Positions 61,893 to 64,000 of a stretch of DNA of 64,000 nucleotides are shown here, one piece after another. Within the stretch, counting starts at the first letter, position 1; each line of letters opens with the position of its first letter. Location of the stretch: NCBI GenBank assembly GCA_044347345.1, contig JBIKUX010000004.1, positions 32,001 through 96,000 on the forward strand, read 5' to 3'. Position numbers and translations under genes: made by a program. Under the pieces are notes generated by a model. It was not told where the DNA came from and searched no databases. It saw nothing but the letters and a program-made list of their open reading frames with translations. The stretch comes from Bdellovibrionota bacterium. GTDB lineage: Bacteria; Bdellovibrionota_C; UBA2361; JBIKUX01.

Positions 61893-62471
61893 ATGCAGCC
61901 TCGGATTATAGTTTTGTTTGGCCCGCCAGGTGCCGGAAAGGGTACTCAAGGGGAACGTTTAGCTCACTCGATCGGAGCTGGCTACATTCAGACGGGAGAA
62001 ATTCTGCGCACTGCAATGAAAGAGCTAAGTCCTCTTGGTGTTAAGGCAAAGGGGTTTATTGAAGCTGGCAATCTTGTACCTGATACGCTGATTAATGAAC
62101 TAGTGCTTGATCGTCTGAATCAGTTGGGATTGTTAACTAGTGATTTGATTTTAGACGGTTATCCCAGAACCTTAGCTCAAGCTACTTATTTAGACAGTTC
62201 TCTTGGTTCGGTAATAAGTTTGGCTATTAGGGTTATTGTTATTGAGGTTCCAGAAGAGATTTTGATCAGGAGGCTTAGCTCTCGAGCAATAAATGGTGGC
62301 GAGAATAGGCGGGTTGATGACAATGCTAGTATTGTTGAACACAGATTAAAAGTTTACGCGGCTGATACAGCACCGGTAATTGATTATTATAGAGATTCAT
62401 CACGGGCTGTTTCGATAGATGGGACAGGCTCCATTGATGAAGTTTTTGAGCGTATTCAAAAGGCTATTTAA
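61893..62471 (+). CDS. adk: Adenylate kinase, short-LID type
   Basis: GPPGAGKGTQ, LDGYPR, R.DD; no Zn-finger LID. Confidence 0.96.
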   Translation: MQPRIIVLFGPPGAGKGTQGERLAHSIGAGYIQTGEILRTAMKELSPLGVKAKGFIEAGNLVPDTLINELVLDRLNQLGLLTSDLILDGYPRTLAQATYLDSSLGSVISLAIRVIVIEVPEEILIRRLSSRAINGGENRRVDDNASIVEHRLKVYAADTAPVIDYYRDSSRAVSIDGTGSIDEVFERIQKAI

Positions 62472-62790
62472 GGCAGATTTAGTGTTTGCTTTGAAGAGTC
62501 AAGGTAATATTTATGTTGAGGCTTGCAATAAAAAAAGAAATTTAATATAGTTCGCCAACTCAGTAAAATTATGGTTGTACTTAATCGTGGGAAAACCTTT
62601 TTTGGCTCGGGTAAGGCTCACGGTTTAAAAAACTTAACTCACTAGTTAGTTCTAAAGTTGAGCTAAAAAAATCATTAAAAAGATGTGGTGGTGCTAAAAA
62701 AACCACTTTGTGTAGTTACTCAGATTAGAAAGGTTACTTAAAAAGTTTGTATATTGTAGACTGTTTAGGACTTTGAAGAAAGGATGTACG

Positions 62791-62907
62791 GTGAAAGTTA
62801 GAGCTTCAGTTAAACCGATCTGTGATTATTGTAAAGTAGTTCGCAGAAAAGGCAAAGTAATAGTAATTTGTAGTCGCACTCCAAAGCATAAGCAGCGACA
62901 GGGATAA
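62791..62907 (+). CDS. rpmJ: 50S protein L36 (Zn-binding form; not in ORF track)
   Basis: GTG start after [43 protein letters not shown]. Confidence 0.97.
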   Translation: MKVRASVKPICDYCKVVRRKGKVIVICSRTPKHKQRQG

Positions 62908-63000
62908 AAACTTACCTATGTTATTAATCAATTGGTAAAGTAGGTTAATAAAAAATTACGCTAGTTAAATTATTGAGTTGTTAAAAAAAATAGAGCGAGT

Positions 63001-63384
63001 ATGCCACGAATTGCCGGAGTTGATCTTCCACGAGACAAAAGAGTTGTAAGGGGACTAACCTATATTTATGGAATAGGTCTAAAGACATCAGAGCAGATTT
63101 TAAAAAAAGCCAATATTCCTGAATTTGTTCGTACAAATTCTCTAAGTGAGGATCAAGTAGCAAGAATTCGAGCTATTATCGAAGAAGAGTATACCGTTGA
63201 GGGTGATCTTCGTCGCGAACGGCAGATTGCTGTGAAAAGGCTGATGGATTTAGGTTGCTACCGAGGACTAAGGCACCGTCGTGGATTGCCTGCAAGGGGA
63301 CAGCGTACTCGAACAAACGCCAGAACTCGCAAAGGTCCACGTCGTCAAGCTATAGCTGGAAAGAAGAAGCCTGGTAAGAAGTAA
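63001..63384 (+). CDS. rpsM: 30S protein S13
   Basis: [32 protein letters not shown]. Confidence 0.99.
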   Translation: MPRIAGVDLPRDKRVVRGLTYIYGIGLKTSEQILKKANIPEFVRTNSLSEDQVARIRAIIEEEYTVEGDLRRERQIAVKRLMDLGCYRGLRHRRGLPARGQRTRTNARTRKGPRRQAIAGKKKPGKK

Positions 63385-63478
63385 TTTTAGGGTGTTATTT
63401 TTAGTCTGGGTTATCTAATTTTGTTGTAAAAATTTTCCTAAGTAAATCTTAAAAAAGAACACTAAAGGGGTCAGAATT

Positions 63479-63871
63479 GTGGTAGAAGCTAAAGCTACGA
63501 TAAAGAAAAAGAAAGTTAAAAAAAATATTCCAACAGGTTTGGTTCATATTTATGCTACATTCAACAATACTGTTGTAACCATTACCGATCCATCTGGTAA
63601 TGTAGTTAGCTGGTCGAGTGCTGGATGCGGTGGATTTAAAGGTTCTCGGAAGTCAACTCCATTTGCTGCGCAAGTGGCTGGTGAAGCGGCGGCTCGTAAG
63701 GCTAAGGAAGCTGGAATGCGTTCGGTTTCAGTATTTATTAAAGGGCCAGGGGCTGGTCGAGAGTCTGCTCTCAGGGCACTGGGTAGTGCTGGGTTAAATG
63801 TAACTCTTATTAAGGATGTTACTCCTGTGCCTCACAATGGGTGTAGATCAAGGAAAAGTCGTAGAGTTTAA
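63479..63871 (+). CDS. rpsK: 30S protein S11
   Basis: [31 protein letters not shown]. Confidence 0.99.
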   Translation: MVEAKATIKKKKVKKNIPTGLVHIYATFNNTVVTITDPSGNVVSWSSAGCGGFKGSRKSTPFAAQVAGEAAARKAKEAGMRSVSVFIKGPGAGRESALRALGSAGLNVTLIKDVTPVPHNGCRSRKSRRV

Positions 63872-64000
63872 ATCTGCTGAGTGTCAGAAAAATCATTACC
63901 ATGTTATCTATCGTGAAAAGTTTTTGATAGGACAGGTTTAATAAGTAAAAAAGTACCACTAAATAGGTTTGGGTGTAGAGTACAGAGCTATCACTCTCAA

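Noticed and set aside
37176-63163. Numerous short antisense or out-of-frame ORFs inside conserved genes
   Set aside because: Shadows of well-supported genes; no motifs or RBS support.

Overview
Chromosomal DNA from an AT-rich Gram-negative bacterium. Gene order and protein style look deltaproteobacterial/Bdellovibrionota-like (inference only, no search run). 1-7.6 kb: mixed accessory genes (M23 peptidase without a signal peptide, small conserved PC4-like protein, kinase, nitroreductase, hemF). 7.8-19.7 kb: flagellar rod/ring/hook-junction cluster flgF-G-A-H-I-J-M-N-K-L with three sigma54-type promoter candidates, abutting a convergent orphan FliH/FliI-like pair. 19.7-32.6 kb: murJ, an odd PFK, an AMIN protein, a flagellin whose variable region is replaced by seven FG-GAP/VCBS repeats, comM, a pseudopilin-PilP chimera, tRNA-Pro, asnS, rocD. 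32.6-36.3 kb: a rearranged tRNA cluster (Trp, Gly, Tyr, Thr, Thr), heme oxygenase, long gltX. 36.2-64 kb: secE-nusG-rplKAJL-rpoB, then str/S10/spc/alpha ribosomal operons. Most notable: the FG-GAP propeller flagellin, rpoB without rpoC, an EF-Tu with a non-canonical switch I loop, and absence of rpsN, map, infA, rpmG and the tRNA-linked tuf from their usual positions. No rRNA, CRISPR array, transposase or prophage was recognised.
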